A program made the translations under genes and the position numbers. Source: Candidatus Woesebacteria bacterium (GTDB lineage: Bacteria > Patescibacteriota > Microgenomatia > UBA12405). Taken from it: a stretch of DNA of 64,000 nt. The stretch covers positions 217-64,216 of the forward strand of contig DAOTMI010000003.1 in the NCBI GenBank assembly GCA_035450165.1. Reading direction: 5' to 3'. This document shows, piece by piece, positions 29,380 to 38,907 of this stretch. The notes beneath the pieces were generated by a model that made no database searches, had not been told where the DNA came from, and worked only from the letters and a program-made list of their open reading frames with translations. Within the stretch, counting starts at the first letter, position 1. The number at the start of each line of letters is the position of its first letter.

Positions 29380-29909
29380 AATTAAAAAAAATAATAGCCG
29401 GAACAGCCATCATCATTGTTTTCTTTTTTATAGGAACGAAAAAGGTAGAAGGAGCTGGTCCCACTGTTTGCGGAGACTATGGACAACCATGCTGCGGATC
29501 AACAACTAATAAATATTGCAATGGTGAAAATCTGGTCTGTGGTACAAATAACATCTGCCAAGCTATGGGAGGGGGAACAGTAGCCCCAATTGATGAAAGA
29601 GAAAGTGGCAGGGCTGACGATGTCATTTTACCCCAATATAGTGCTGACAGCGGCTTCCGCTGGGCTAATGCCAGTTTGGGCGAAATTATCAGCGAATTAA
29701 TTAAATATGTTTATCTTTTTGCTGGATTAGCTTTAATCATAGTCTTGCTTTTTGGCGGCTTTACCGTCCTAACCGCCGCCGGAGTTCCCGAAAAAGCTCA
29801 GGTCGGTTATACCCGTATTACCCAGGGATTAATTGGCTTCGTCGTTATTTTTGCCAGTTATCTGGTAGTTCTTTTAGTCGAAGCCATCTTAAAAATAAAT
29901 ATATTCTAA
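29376..29909 (+). CDS. Second CPR pilin-like protein with one Cys-rich module
   Basis: CGDYGQPCC...; AGL...GGF..LTAAGVPEKAQVGYTRITQGLIGFVVIFASY. Confidence 0.75.
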   Translation: MKLKKIIAGTAIIIVFFFIGTKKVEGAGPTVCGDYGQPCCGSTTNKYCNGENLVCGTNNICQAMGGGTVAPIDERESGRADDVILPQYSADSGFRWANASLGEIISELIKYVYLFAGLALIIVLLFGGFTVLTAAGVPEKAQVGYTRITQGLIGFVVIFASYLVVLLVEAILKINIF

Positions 29910-29936
29910 ATTAGGAAAACATCGGTTATTGAAATT

Positions 29937-30644
29937 TTATTTCCCTTTCCGCCGTTCCCGGTTTTGATACCAAATCAACGCCTTTTCCATTTCTTTCTCG
30001 TTAAAATCCGGCCAAAGAACATCAGTGAAGTAAAGTTCGGCATAGGACATTTGCCAAAGCAAAAAATTGGATAAACGAAATTCTCCACCAGTCCGAATAA
30101 TTAAGTCGGGATCAGGTTGGCCTTGGGTATAAAGATAGTGGGAAACTAATTTCTCATTAATTTTACTCGGCGGAATTTTATCTTTAACAATTTTTCTAAT
30201 TGCAGTAACAATTTCATCCCGACCGCCATAATTCAAAGCCACGTTAAAACTCATTTCCTTTTTATCCAAGACAATATTTAATACCTTTTTAACGGCATTC
30301 TTAACTTTTAGAGGGAGGGCTTGAAAATTACCCAAAACAAACAATTTTATTCCATCCCTTCGATATTCCTTTTCTTTATCTCGACAGGCTTGAACAAATA
30401 GATTAAAAATATTTTTGACCTCTACCATTGAGCGGGAACGCCAGTTTTCTGTCGATAAGGCATAAACAGTAAAATGCTTGATTCCTATTTTACGGCAATA
30501 ATTTACTATCCTTTCCAAATTTTCGGCTCCGGCCCGATGGCCTGCCTGAACCTCTAGGCCATGCTGCCGCGCCCATCGCCGATTACCATCCATAATCACA
30601 GCCACATGAGAGGGGATTTTCTTTAGATCAATTTTTGATTTCAT
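29937..30644 (-). CDS. uppS: Undecaprenyl diphosphate synthase
   Basis: HVAVIMDGNRRWA, STENW, NYGGRDE, PDLIIRTGGEFRLSNFLLWQ. Confidence 0.96.
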   Translation of the reverse strand: MKSKIDLKKIPSHVAVIMDGNRRWARQHGLEVQAGHRAGAENLERIVNYCRKIGIKHFTVYALSTENWRSRSMVEVKNIFNLFVQACRDKEKEYRRDGIKLFVLGNFQALPLKVKNAVKKVLNIVLDKKEMSFNVALNYGGRDEIVTAIRKIVKDKIPPSKINEKLVSHYLYTQGQPDPDLIIRTGGEFRLSNFLLWQMSYAELYFTDVLWPDFNEKEMEKALIWYQNRERRKGK

Positions 30645-30648
30645 AAAC

Positions 30649-30694
30649 TTTTGAAGGTTAGTTTATTTGGAGCCCCAATTATCAGTACCAGAAA
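30649..30694 (-). other. 3' arm of the 16S processing stalk (pairs with 32253-32298)
   Basis: TTTTGAAGGTTAGTTTATTTGGAGCC...CAGTACCAGAAA is an imperfect inverted repeat of TTTCTGGTACTG...GGCTCCAAACAAATTAACCTTCAAAA. Confidence 0.8.
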
Positions 30695-30702
30695 AATTCC
30701 TC

Positions 30703-32231
30703 AAAGGAGGTGATCCATCCGCACCTTCCGGTACGGATACCTTGTTACGACTTAACCCTCATCGCTGAATTTACCTTTGGCCCCGCGAAGGGCGGGGACT
30801 TGGGGTACCCTCAACTTTGCTGATTTGACGGGCAGTGTGTGCAAGAGGCGAGAACGTATTCACCGCAATCTGCTGATTTGCGATTACTACCAATTCCGGG
30901 TTCATGCCGGCGAGTTTCAGCCGACAATCCCAACTGAGAAAAGATTTAAAGGATTAGCTCCGCCTTACGGCTTGGCAACCCGTTGTTCTTTCCATTGTAG
31001 GATGTGTGTAGCCCTGGATATAAGCATCGTGATGACTTGACGTCGTCCCCTCCTTCCTCCTAACAAAATAATGCTAGGCAGTCTCCCGTGACACAATAAC
31101 ACGGGATAGGGGTTGCGCTCGTTACCTCACTTAAGAGAACAACTCACGTCACGAGCTGACGACAGCCATGCAACAGCTGTGCATTACCCTCGAAGGCTTC
31201 CGGCGTTTCTGCCGGAATGCAAATGCATTTCAAACCCAGGTAAGGTTTATCGCTTCGTATCGAATTGAACCACATGCTCCACTGGTTGTGCGCCTCCCCG
31301 CCAATTCGTTTGAGTTTCAACCTTGCGGTTATACTCCCCAGGCGGTCTGCTTAACGCGTTAGCTTGCGTCTCTCCCTGCAAATGCAGAGAAAAACTAGCA
31401 GACAATGTTTACAGCTAGGACTACTCAGGTCTCTAATCTGATTGATTCCCCTAGCTTTCGTCCTTGAGTGTCAGAATATATCTGGCTACCTGCCTTCGCG
31501 CTTGGTGTTCTTTATAGTATCCACGGATTTTACCCCTACACTATAAATTCCGGTAGCTCCGATATATCTCTAGTCTTTTAGTCTCCTGCCCCTGTCTCCG
31601 GTTAAGCCGAAGTCTTTGAAACAGGACTTAAAAAACCACCGACGGACCCTTTACGCCCAATAAAACCGGGTAACGCTTGCAACCTACGTATTACCGCGAC
31701 TGCTGGCACGTAGTTAGTAGTTGCTTATTCCTTTCAAGTTCATCTTGAAAGAAAAGAGGTTTACAACCCGAAGACCTTCATCCCTCACGCGATGTCGCTG
31801 CATCAGACTTTCGTCCATTGTGCAAAATTCCTAACTGCTGCCACCCGTAGGTGTATGGGCCGTGTCTCAGTCCCATTGTGGCGGACTCTCCGCTAAGAGC
31901 CGCTAACCGTCATCGCCTTGGTAGGCCATTACCCCACCAACAAGCTGGTAGTTAATACGCCACTCTCGAAGCGACTTGCGTCTTTGGAGCCGTAAGGCAC
32001 CACATGGAAAATTACCCCGCCTTTCGGCGGGCTATGTTCCTCTCCGAGGTATGTTCGTATTTTTTACTCACCCGTTTGCCGCTGAACTCGTGCATAACAC
32101 ACGAAATTTTTAGTTTTTAATTAAAAATTAGAAATTTAAATTCCGTGTGTTATGCACAAATCCCGCTCGACTTGCATGTCTTAAGCACATCGCCAGCGTT
32201 AACCCTGAGCCACGATCAAACTCTTAGTCCA
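30703..32231 (-). rRNA. rrs: 16S rRNA, not linked to 23S/5S (ends approximate)
   Basis: Minus strand shows the AGAGTTTGATCGTGGCTCAG 5' motif, GTGCCAGCAGTCGCGGTAA, AAGTCGTAACAAGGTA and the anti-SD GATCACCTCCTTT. Confidence 0.98.
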
Positions 32232-32298
32232 AAATTTTTCAAATTAAAAAAATTTCTGGTACTGGTAGCTGTGGCTCCAAACAAATTAACCTTCAAAA

Positions 32299-32348
32299 AT
32301 TTTAAAGAGCCCGTCTGAATAGTCGGACGCATTGGCTATTATATTATA
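32299..32348 (-). promoter_or_regulatory. rRNA leader: -10 box, boxB-like hairpin and boxA
   Basis: Minus-strand TATAAT (32348-32343, overlapping the recF stop), hairpin 32312-32329, then GCTCTTTAAAA (boxA-like). Confidence 0.65.
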
Positions 32349-33414
32349 AATTAATCACTTTTGCACTAGGTAAAAGAGGATCAATATCATGACTGGTAAA
32401 AGTAAAAAAAGTCTGGTAATGCTGGCAAATTTTAATAACCAGCTGCCGGTGGTTGGGATCAAGTTCAGAAAAAACATCATCCAAAAACAAAATTGGTTTC
32501 TCCTGATGAGTTTGCTCATAAAAAGCAATTTGAGCTAAACGTAAAGCTAAAACGGCTAAGCGTTGTTCACCTCGACTCCCCCAATATTCTAAATTCCTAT
32601 ATTGATCGGGAAAATTTAAATTATCAAAACTAAAATCATCGCGGTGGTTACCGGCACTAGTATAACCCCAAGTTAAGTCTTTCTGGTAGTTCTTATCCAA
32701 AACAGATTGAGAAAGAACGGAAGGTTGAAAGTTAAGAAAAATAGTTTTAATTTCAGCATCAGGATGAGAGGAGAAAAAATCGTTGGCCGACTGAATAAAT
32801 TTACCCCGGTAATGGTGAATAATTTCATCGTTTTTGATCAATGATTTATCCCAATAAAACAATTCCGCCTTTAAGTTTTTACCCAGGCGAATTTGATCCA
32901 AAAGTTCATTTCGATGCTTTAAAGCTTTTTCATATTGAAAGAGAGCTACTCGATAATGCCAATCTAACTGGGATAAAACTTCATCAAGTAAATGGCGCCG
33001 ACGGGTAGGTGAACCGGCAATTAAACGAATATCTTCAGGCTGAAAAGCAACTACTGATAAGAGCCCCAAATAATGACTACGGGTCTTCTCCACTCCATTC
33101 AAATAAAATTTGCGAGTTGTTTTAGCAGTAGTCAACTGTCTGACAGTTACTAGTTGAACTTCCAATTCCTTATCCCCTCCCTGAGAATCTTTAATCTGCG
33201 CTCGGATATCAGCCATATCTTTACCCCAATAAATCAACTGCCTTAAAGACAAAGCCCGAAAACTCTTACCGGTAGCTACAAAATAAATCGCCTCCAAAAG
33301 ATTAGTTTTACCCAAACCATTTTGACCAATAATCAGATTAACGTTTGGATCGAACTCAAAAATTTTTTGGGAATAGGACCGAAAATTTTCAAGAATGATT
33401 TGACTCAAATACAC
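32344..33414 (-). CDS. recF: DNA replication and repair protein RecF
   Basis: LENFRSY, GQNGLGKTNLLEAI, GSPTRRR, HRDD, SRGEQR, LDDVFSELD. Confidence 0.95.
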   Translation of the reverse strand: MYLSQIILENFRSYSQKIFEFDPNVNLIIGQNGLGKTNLLEAIYFVATGKSFRALSLRQLIYWGKDMADIRAQIKDSQGGDKELEVQLVTVRQLTTAKTTRKFYLNGVEKTRSHYLGLLSVVAFQPEDIRLIAGSPTRRRHLLDEVLSQLDWHYRVALFQYEKALKHRNELLDQIRLGKNLKAELFYWDKSLIKNDEIIHHYRGKFIQSANDFFSSHPDAEIKTIFLNFQPSVLSQSVLDKNYQKDLTWGYTSAGNHRDDFSFDNLNFPDQYRNLEYWGSRGEQRLAVLALRLAQIAFYEQTHQEKPILFLDDVFSELDPNHRQLVIKICQHYQTFFTFTSHDIDPLLPSAKVINL

Positions 33415-33416
33415 AG

Positions 33417-33489
33417 TCCAGCGGGTAGGAGTCGAACCTACCTAAGGCAGTTTTACAGACTGCTGCATCAACCGCTTTGCTACCGCTGG
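33417..33489 (-). tRNA. tRNA-Tyr(GTA) with C1-G72 and no long variable arm
   Basis: CCAGCGG/CCGCTGG-A acceptor; GCAGT-CTGTAAA-ACTGC; 5-nt variable loop; GTAGG-TTCGACT-CCTAC. Confidence 0.9.
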
Positions 33490-33589
33490 AATGGTTATAT
33501 TTTACCATAAACCCCTATTTTAAATTCCCCATTTCCCCAATCATCTTCATCTAAAATAGATAATCCGTCTATAATTTATAATACTCACT

Positions 33590-34351
33590 ATGAGTATTCG
33601 AATAATTTCATGGAACATAAATGGAATAAGGGCAGCGGTTAAGAGAGGTTTGGTTGATTTTATTAAAAAGGATAAAGCAGATATTTATTGTCTACAGGAG
33701 GTAAAAGCGAGTCAGAACCAAATTGATCTGCATTTAAAAGAATATACAGGTTATTGGAATAGTGCTAAAAAAGCCGGTTATTCGGGAGTTTTAACTTTGA
33801 GTAAATTGGAGCCCAAGGCAGTCATTATTGGTGATCGGGATAATGATTGGGATGACGAGGGGCGGGTAATCATTACTAAGTTTGATAAATTTACTTTGCT
33901 AAATGTCTATTTTCCCAACGGGAAAAAAGATCGAGGCAGATTAATGTACAAACTCGAATTTTACGAATATTTTTTACAATACATCAATAAATTAAGAGAT
34001 CAAGGCGAAAAAATTGTTTTTTGCGGTGATGTCAACACTGCTCACCGGGAAATTGACTTAGCCCGGCCGAAAGAAAATGAAAATATCTCCGGCTTTCTAG
34101 AAATCGAAAGAAAATGGCTGGATAAACTCGAGCAAAATGGTTATATCGATACCTATCGATGGCTTCATCCCCAAGAAATCGGCTATTCCTGGTGGTCACC
34201 CCGAAGCGGTGCCCGAAAACGGAACATTGGCTGGCGGATCGACTACTTCTTTGTTTCTGATAACCTTAAAAATCAGATTAAAAAGGCTTTTATTTTACCC
34301 GAGGTTCAGGGTTCTGACCATTGTCCGATTGGGGTTGAGTTATCACTTTAA
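33590..34351 (+). CDS. xth: Exodeoxyribonuclease III / AP endonuclease
   Basis: SWNINGIRA, LQEVK, GYSGV, YFPNG, GDVNTAH, GWRIDY, GSDHCP. Confidence 0.95.
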   Translation: MSIRIISWNINGIRAAVKRGLVDFIKKDKADIYCLQEVKASQNQIDLHLKEYTGYWNSAKKAGYSGVLTLSKLEPKAVIIGDRDNDWDDEGRVIITKFDKFTLLNVYFPNGKKDRGRLMYKLEFYEYFLQYINKLRDQGEKIVFCGDVNTAHREIDLARPKENENISGFLEIERKWLDKLEQNGYIDTYRWLHPQEIGYSWWSPRSGARKRNIGWRIDYFFVSDNLKNQIKKAFILPEVQGSDHCPIGVELSL

Positions 34352-34700
34352 CTACCTGACAAATATACTTTAAGCCCTCAAAATTAACCTCGGCCTTAAA
34401 GGTATTCGTTTCTTCATTAAAACCAAAATTACTCACTAATTGCTTCTGCTCTAAATAATCGGTTATGGCTTTAAGGGTGGGTAAAGTAATTAAACGGCCA
34501 TCAGGATAAATATAAACCTCATGGAAAATAGGATTCTGATGATTCTTCTTTCTGACTTGAATCCGCATCAAAGGGCTAAAAACATCAATAATCTCCTCTT
34601 CCCTAGACGTCCATGGATTACGGAAGTTTTGATAATGAATATGGTCATCGAGACCTGTTTTTTTAAAAAGATCAAGATAATTGTCCTTATTTTCAATCAT
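34290..34700 (-). CDS. Hypothetical protein
   Basis: 136-aa ORF filling the gap, same strand as its upstream neighbour. Confidence 0.55.
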   Translation of the reverse strand: MIENKDNYLDLFKKTGLDDHIHYQNFRNPWTSREEEIIDVFSPLMRIQVRKKNHQNPIFHEVYIYPDGRLITLPTLKAITDYLEQKQLVSNFGFNEETNTFKAEVNFEGLKYICQVVKVITQPQSDNGQNPEPRVK

Positions 34701-34715
34701 AAGTTAACACTTATA

Positions 34716-35222
34716 TCAAAAGAGAGCAGTTTTGTCAAGAAACAGAAAACAACGGCGGCCGTTAGTTTTTAACCAATGGTGATGAACTTCAGTTTGCGGA
34801 TCATAAAATTTCAACTGATCCCAAAATTGTCGTTTATGGTTTTTAACCGATAAATGGGTTAATTCATGAAGGAGTAAATGACGAAAAATAGGATAGGGTA
34901 AAAAAATAATCTGCCAATTAAAATTTAAATTATTTCGGCCAGAGCAGGAACCAAAACAACTTGACTGACGACGGAGAGTTAACCGATTATATTCAAAACC
35001 AAATTCAGCCGCCAATTTATTTAATTCAAGTTTAATTTTTTTAAGGGCAAATGGCCGCATTTTTCGATCAATTAGCTCTCCAAGATGAGCCGACGTCAAC
35101 GAAAAAGTATTAATCAAAATTTGCTGTCTGTCTTCATCAATCACCAAAGAATCATAATAACCAGGAAAAATCAACAACTGATATGATTGATCCAAAATAG
35201 TTAAAGTTTTTAACTGTCCCAT
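34716..35222 (-). CDS. YgjP/DUF45-like zinc metallohydrolase
   Basis: Q.SCFGSCS, LNFNW, HELTHL..KNH..QFW. Confidence 0.85.
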   Translation of the reverse strand: MGQLKTLTILDQSYQLLIFPGYYDSLVIDEDRQQILINTFSLTSAHLGELIDRKMRPFALKKIKLELNKLAAEFGFEYNRLTLRRQSSCFGSCSGRNNLNFNWQIIFLPYPIFRHLLLHELTHLSVKNHKRQFWDQLKFYDPQTEVHHHWLKTNGRRCFLFLDKTALF

Positions 35223-35247
35223 TTATGATATGATTATAGTGTAATTT

Positions 35248-35700
35248 ATGAATCAGATTTATGTTGGTGCGGATCATCGGGGATATCGGTTAAAAGAGAT
35301 TATTATTAATCAATTAAGGGAAGAGGGTTATAGTGTTGAAGATACAGGCAACAGTCAATATAATATTGAAGATGATTTTACCGATTTTGCCATTAAAACA
35401 GCTGAAATGGTAATTCGGGGAGGGGCAAGGGGTATCCTTATTTGTGGTTCTGGTTTAGGAATGAGTATCATCGCCAATAAAGTCAAAGGTATTCGAGCGG
35501 GGTTATGTACCTCAATTAAACAGGCAAGACTGGGCAGAAATGACTTAGATATTAATCTTTTGTGTTTATCAGCTGATTTAGTCTCTGATGAAAAAAATTT
35601 AAAAATAGTCCAAAAATTTTTAGAAACAGTTTTTGCTCCGGAGGAACGTTATTTAAGAAGAATTAAAAAAATCACTCAATATGAATCTGAGAAGTGTTGA
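35248..35700 (+). CDS. rpiB: Ribose-5-phosphate isomerase B
   Basis: GADHRGY.LK, GILICGSGLGMSIIANKVKGIRA. Confidence 0.92.
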   Translation: MNQIYVGADHRGYRLKEIIINQLREEGYSVEDTGNSQYNIEDDFTDFAIKTAEMVIRGGARGILICGSGLGMSIIANKVKGIRAGLCTSIKQARLGRNDLDINLLCLSADLVSDEKNLKIVQKFLETVFAPEERYLRRIKKITQYESEKC

Positions 35701-36679
35701 ACAATACCTGCCTGCGGTCGGTTCTTTGGCTATTTTAAGAATGGATTTAGATGTTCCAGAAGGAGATAATTCCCGCCTTAAAAAATCAGTTCCCACTCTC
35801 CGCTATTTACTTGATCAAGGTAGCCGAGTAGCTATTATTGGTCACAAAGGCCGACCAAAAGGAATTGAGGAAAAATACAGTCTACGTAAAGTTTATCTTG
35901 ATCTTATGGGTATTTTAGGTAATCAGGCAGATCTAGACAGTGTTTTTATGGAAAATTTTAACGAAATTAAAAACAATCAAATATTATTTTTTGAAAATCT
36001 AAGATTTTGGCCGGAAGAAGAAGCTAATAACGATAGTTTCATGAAAAATTTAATTGACCACTCACGGGCTTATATCAACGATGCCTTTGCTGTTGCCCAT
36101 CGCCGCCATGCCTCGATTATGCTTCATCAAAAAATGGATGGTTATTACGGCTTCGCTTTTATTGAGGAAGTAGAAAAAATTTCTCATATTTTAGAAAATC
36201 CAGCAAGGCCTCTAACTATTATTCTTGGTGGGGCTAAAGAAGACAAATTAAGCTATTTGCCGGATCTGGTTAAAATTGCCGATAAAATTCTCATCGGCGG
36301 CAAGCTCCCCCAAATTACAAATTACGAATTACCAATTACAAATGAAAAAATCAATTGGGGAAAACTAAGAAGAGACACTCTTGACCTGTCCCAGGAAACA
36401 ATTAACCAATTTATCGAAATAATTAATAACTCAAAAACGATAATTTGGGCCGGTGCTATGGGTTATTATGAAAACGAAAATAGCCGTTGGGGAACCCAAA
36501 AAATTGCTGAGGCGGTCGCTCTTAATCCTGGTTTTAAAATAATTGCCGGTGGCGAAACGGCTGCCTCAGTTATTGATCTTAAATTAAAAGACAAAATTGA
36601 TTATATTTGCTCAGGTGGCGGGGTCATGTTAGAGTTTTTGACTAAGGGAACATTGCCGGCCTGGGAAGAAAGATCATAA
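35681..36679 (+). CDS. pgk: Phosphoglycerate kinase (shortened)
   Basis: RMDLDVP, HKGRP, ENLRF, NDAFAVAHRRHAS, GGAK, SGGG..LEFL..GTLP. Confidence 0.92.
   Translation: MNLRSVEQYLPAVGSLAILRMDLDVPEGDNSRLKKSVPTLRYLLDQGSRVAIIGHKGRPKGIEEKYSLRKVYLDLMGILGNQADLDSVFMENFNEIKNNQILFFENLRFWPEEEANNDSFMKNLIDHSRAYINDAFAVAHRRHASIMLHQKMDGYYGFAFIEEVEKISHILENPARPLTIILGGAKEDKLSYLPDLVKIADKILIGGKLPQITNYELPITNEKINWGKLRRDTLDLSQETINQFIEIINNSKTIIWAGAMGYYENENSRWGTQKIAEAVALNPGFKIIAGGETAASVIDLKLKDKIDYICSGGGVMLEFLTKGTLPAWEERS
36313..36340 (+). repeat. In-frame AATTACN heptamer array inside pgk
   Basis: AATTACA AATTACG AATTACC AATTACA. Confidence 0.8.
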
Positions 36680-36730
36680 ATTATAGCAAAAGAGATTTCA
36701 TTTTTTTATCAGATAGCATAAAATGATTAT

Positions 36731-37762
36731 ATGGATCATAAAATCAGAATCGGTATTAACGGCTTTGGCCGGATTGGCACGGTTGTTCTCCGAGCCATTC
36801 TTTTAGAAAACTATAATGTCGAGGTCGCCGCTATTAATACTAAAGGTGATTTCGATATCGATAGTATTGTCCATCAATTTAAATACGATTCGGTCTACGG
36901 TCGGATTCCCTTCCATCTTGATGCCGCCGGACCGAAGTTAGGAGCAGAATTAGGCAGATTGAGAATAGAAGACACGGAAATACCAATTCTTGGAGAATCT
37001 AATCCGGAGGAAATTAATTGGAAAAAATATCAAACAGAGGTAGTTCTGGAATGTACCGGAGCTTTTCTAGATAAAAAGGCTGCCGGTCATTTTAAGGGAG
37101 GGGCCAAAAAAGTTATTATCTCCGCTCCATCTAAAGATCCCAAAATTCCGGTTTATATTCTTGGTGTTAATGAAAGTCGTTATCAAGGGGAAAATCTTAT
37201 TTCCAACGGTTCTTGTACTACCAACTGTGTGGCCCCTATTGTTAAGGTAATTGATCAAAAAATTGGTTTTCAGGAAGGAATTTTAACTACGATTCATGCC
37301 TATACCACCAACCAAAATATTGTCGATGGTATCGGAAAAGATGCCAGACGAGCCAGAGCCGGAGCGATTAATATTGTGCCCACTTCTACTGGCGCCGCCG
37401 AAGCTGTTATTGCCGCTTATCCGGAAGCAATGGGAAGATTTGCTGGAACAGCTATCCGCGTCCCAGTAGTTTGTGGTAGTTATTCTGAGCTTACTTTTAA
37501 AGTCATTAGAGAAACTTCAGTTGAAGAAATTAATTCCCTTTTAGAAGAAGCTAGCGTTTCACCCGAATTAGTCGGTAAATTAAAGATTGGCTATGAACCA
37601 ATTGTTTCATCCGATATTATCGGTAATAATGCTTCATGTCTTATTGATACCCTAATGACTAAGGTAGTTTCCCAAGATATGGTTTCAATTGGCGCTTGGT
37701 ATGATAACGAATATGGTTACTCCTGTCGTCTAATTGAAATGGCTATTTTTATATGCAGATAA
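36731..37762 (+). CDS. gap: Glyceraldehyde-3-phosphate dehydrogenase (type I)
   Basis: GINGFGRIG, SNGSCTTNC, NIVPTSTGAA, WYDNEYGYS. Confidence 0.96.
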   Translation: MDHKIRIGINGFGRIGTVVLRAILLENYNVEVAAINTKGDFDIDSIVHQFKYDSVYGRIPFHLDAAGPKLGAELGRLRIEDTEIPILGESNPEEINWKKYQTEVVLECTGAFLDKKAAGHFKGGAKKVIISAPSKDPKIPVYILGVNESRYQGENLISNGSCTTNCVAPIVKVIDQKIGFQEGILTTIHAYTTNQNIVDGIGKDARRARAGAINIVPTSTGAAEAVIAAYPEAMGRFAGTAIRVPVVCGSYSELTFKVIRETSVEEINSLLEEASVSPELVGKLKIGYEPIVSSDIIGNNASCLIDTLMTKVVSQDMVSIGAWYDNEYGYSCRLIEMAIFICR

Positions 37763-38352
37763 TCCCGACAGTTTTAGAAAAAGAATTCAACGCCGCCGAA
37801 AAAACAATTCGACAGGTAATGACCTTTTCACCTTGGATTCAAATTGACGTTATTGACGGCATTTATACCCAAGGTAAAACTTTTGAACTGGAATTGCTTA
37901 ATAAGGCCGAATTTCCGGAAACAATTCTGTGGGATATTCATTTAATGGTTAAGGAGCCGGAAAATTGGTTAGAAAAATGCTTTTTCGTTGGTGCCGCCAG
38001 AATTACCGGTCAAGTAGAAATGATGACTGACCGTTATCGTTTTATTAATAAAATAAAAAGTATGAATATAGAGGCTGGTTTGGCTTTTGATCAAAATACT
38101 CCCGCCACTAATATTCCTCCCGAAACTAATCTTGTTTTATTAATGGGAAGAAAGGCTGGATTTATCAAAAATAAGTTTGATCCTCAAGTATTAAAAAAAA
38201 TAAATCATCAATTTATTACGGCTATTGACGGCGGTGTTAGCTCCCGGAATATTAAAACAATAGAGGAAGCTGGGGTGGATATTGTCTACAGCGGGCGAGC
38301 TTTCAGAGATTTAATTAATCATCATGCTGGCCAAAACTCAAAAAATAATTAA
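37753..38352 (+). CDS. rpe: Ribulose-phosphate 3-epimerase (divergent)
   Basis: QIDVIDG, DIHLMV..PE, AIDGGV; pentose-phosphate/glycolysis operon context. Confidence 0.8.
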   Translation: MQIIPTVLEKEFNAAEKTIRQVMTFSPWIQIDVIDGIYTQGKTFELELLNKAEFPETILWDIHLMVKEPENWLEKCFFVGAARITGQVEMMTDRYRFINKIKSMNIEAGLAFDQNTPATNIPPETNLVLLMGRKAGFIKNKFDPQVLKKINHQFITAIDGGVSSRNIKTIEEAGVDIVYSGRAFRDLINHHAGQNSKNN

Positions 38353-38899
38353 GAGAGTCGCCCTTTTAGGCGATTCATCGGCCAAGAGATACCAATCACA
38401 TTGGCAAGCTGCTTACCAAACAGCTAAAATCTTAGCCCAAAACGGCTATATTATCGTCAATGGCGGTGGTCCAGGAGTCATGTTGGCGGCTACTTTAGGG
38501 GCTAAATCTGCCAAAGGTATAGTTGAATTAAGCATCATTAATCCCCAAAAAAAACCAAATAATTTTGAAAGTACCCATCCCGGCAATTTAGCTCTGGCTG
38601 ATAAAGTCTATATAGCTAACACCTACCAGGAACGACTCAATCGATTAATCGATCTAGCTGACGCCTATATCTGCTTTAAAGGAGGAACCGGAACTCTTTC
38701 TGAAATTGGTTTAACCTGGGGATTAGCTAAATTTGATTACGGCCGACATGAACCTCTAATTTTTTACGGAAAATTCTGGAAAACAATTTTGGAACAATTA
38801 AAAACTGCTTTACCACTCACTAAAGACGAAAAAACTGTTTATGCCATTGCTCAAACCCCCAAAGAAGTCCTTGAATTACTGAAAAATTCCCAAATTTAA
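38324..38899 (+). CDS. LOG family (SLOG) protein
   Basis: NGGGPGVM.AA..GA, GGTGTLSEI. Confidence 0.85.
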   Translation: MLAKTQKIIKRVALLGDSSAKRYQSHWQAAYQTAKILAQNGYIIVNGGGPGVMLAATLGAKSAKGIVELSIINPQKKPNNFESTHPGNLALADKVYIANTYQERLNRLIDLADAYICFKGGTGTLSEIGLTWGLAKFDYGRHEPLIFYGKFWKTILEQLKTALPLTKDEKTVYAIAQTPKEVLELLKNSQI

Positions 38900-38907
38900 T
38901 TATAAAA

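Noticed and set aside
30777-31362. ORFs 30777-31040 and 31168-31362
   Set aside because: They lie antisense within conserved 16S rRNA and have no homing-endonuclease motifs, so they are not intron ORFs.
33322-33510. 62-aa plus-strand ORF
   Set aside because: It is antisense to the recF start and tRNA-Tyr.
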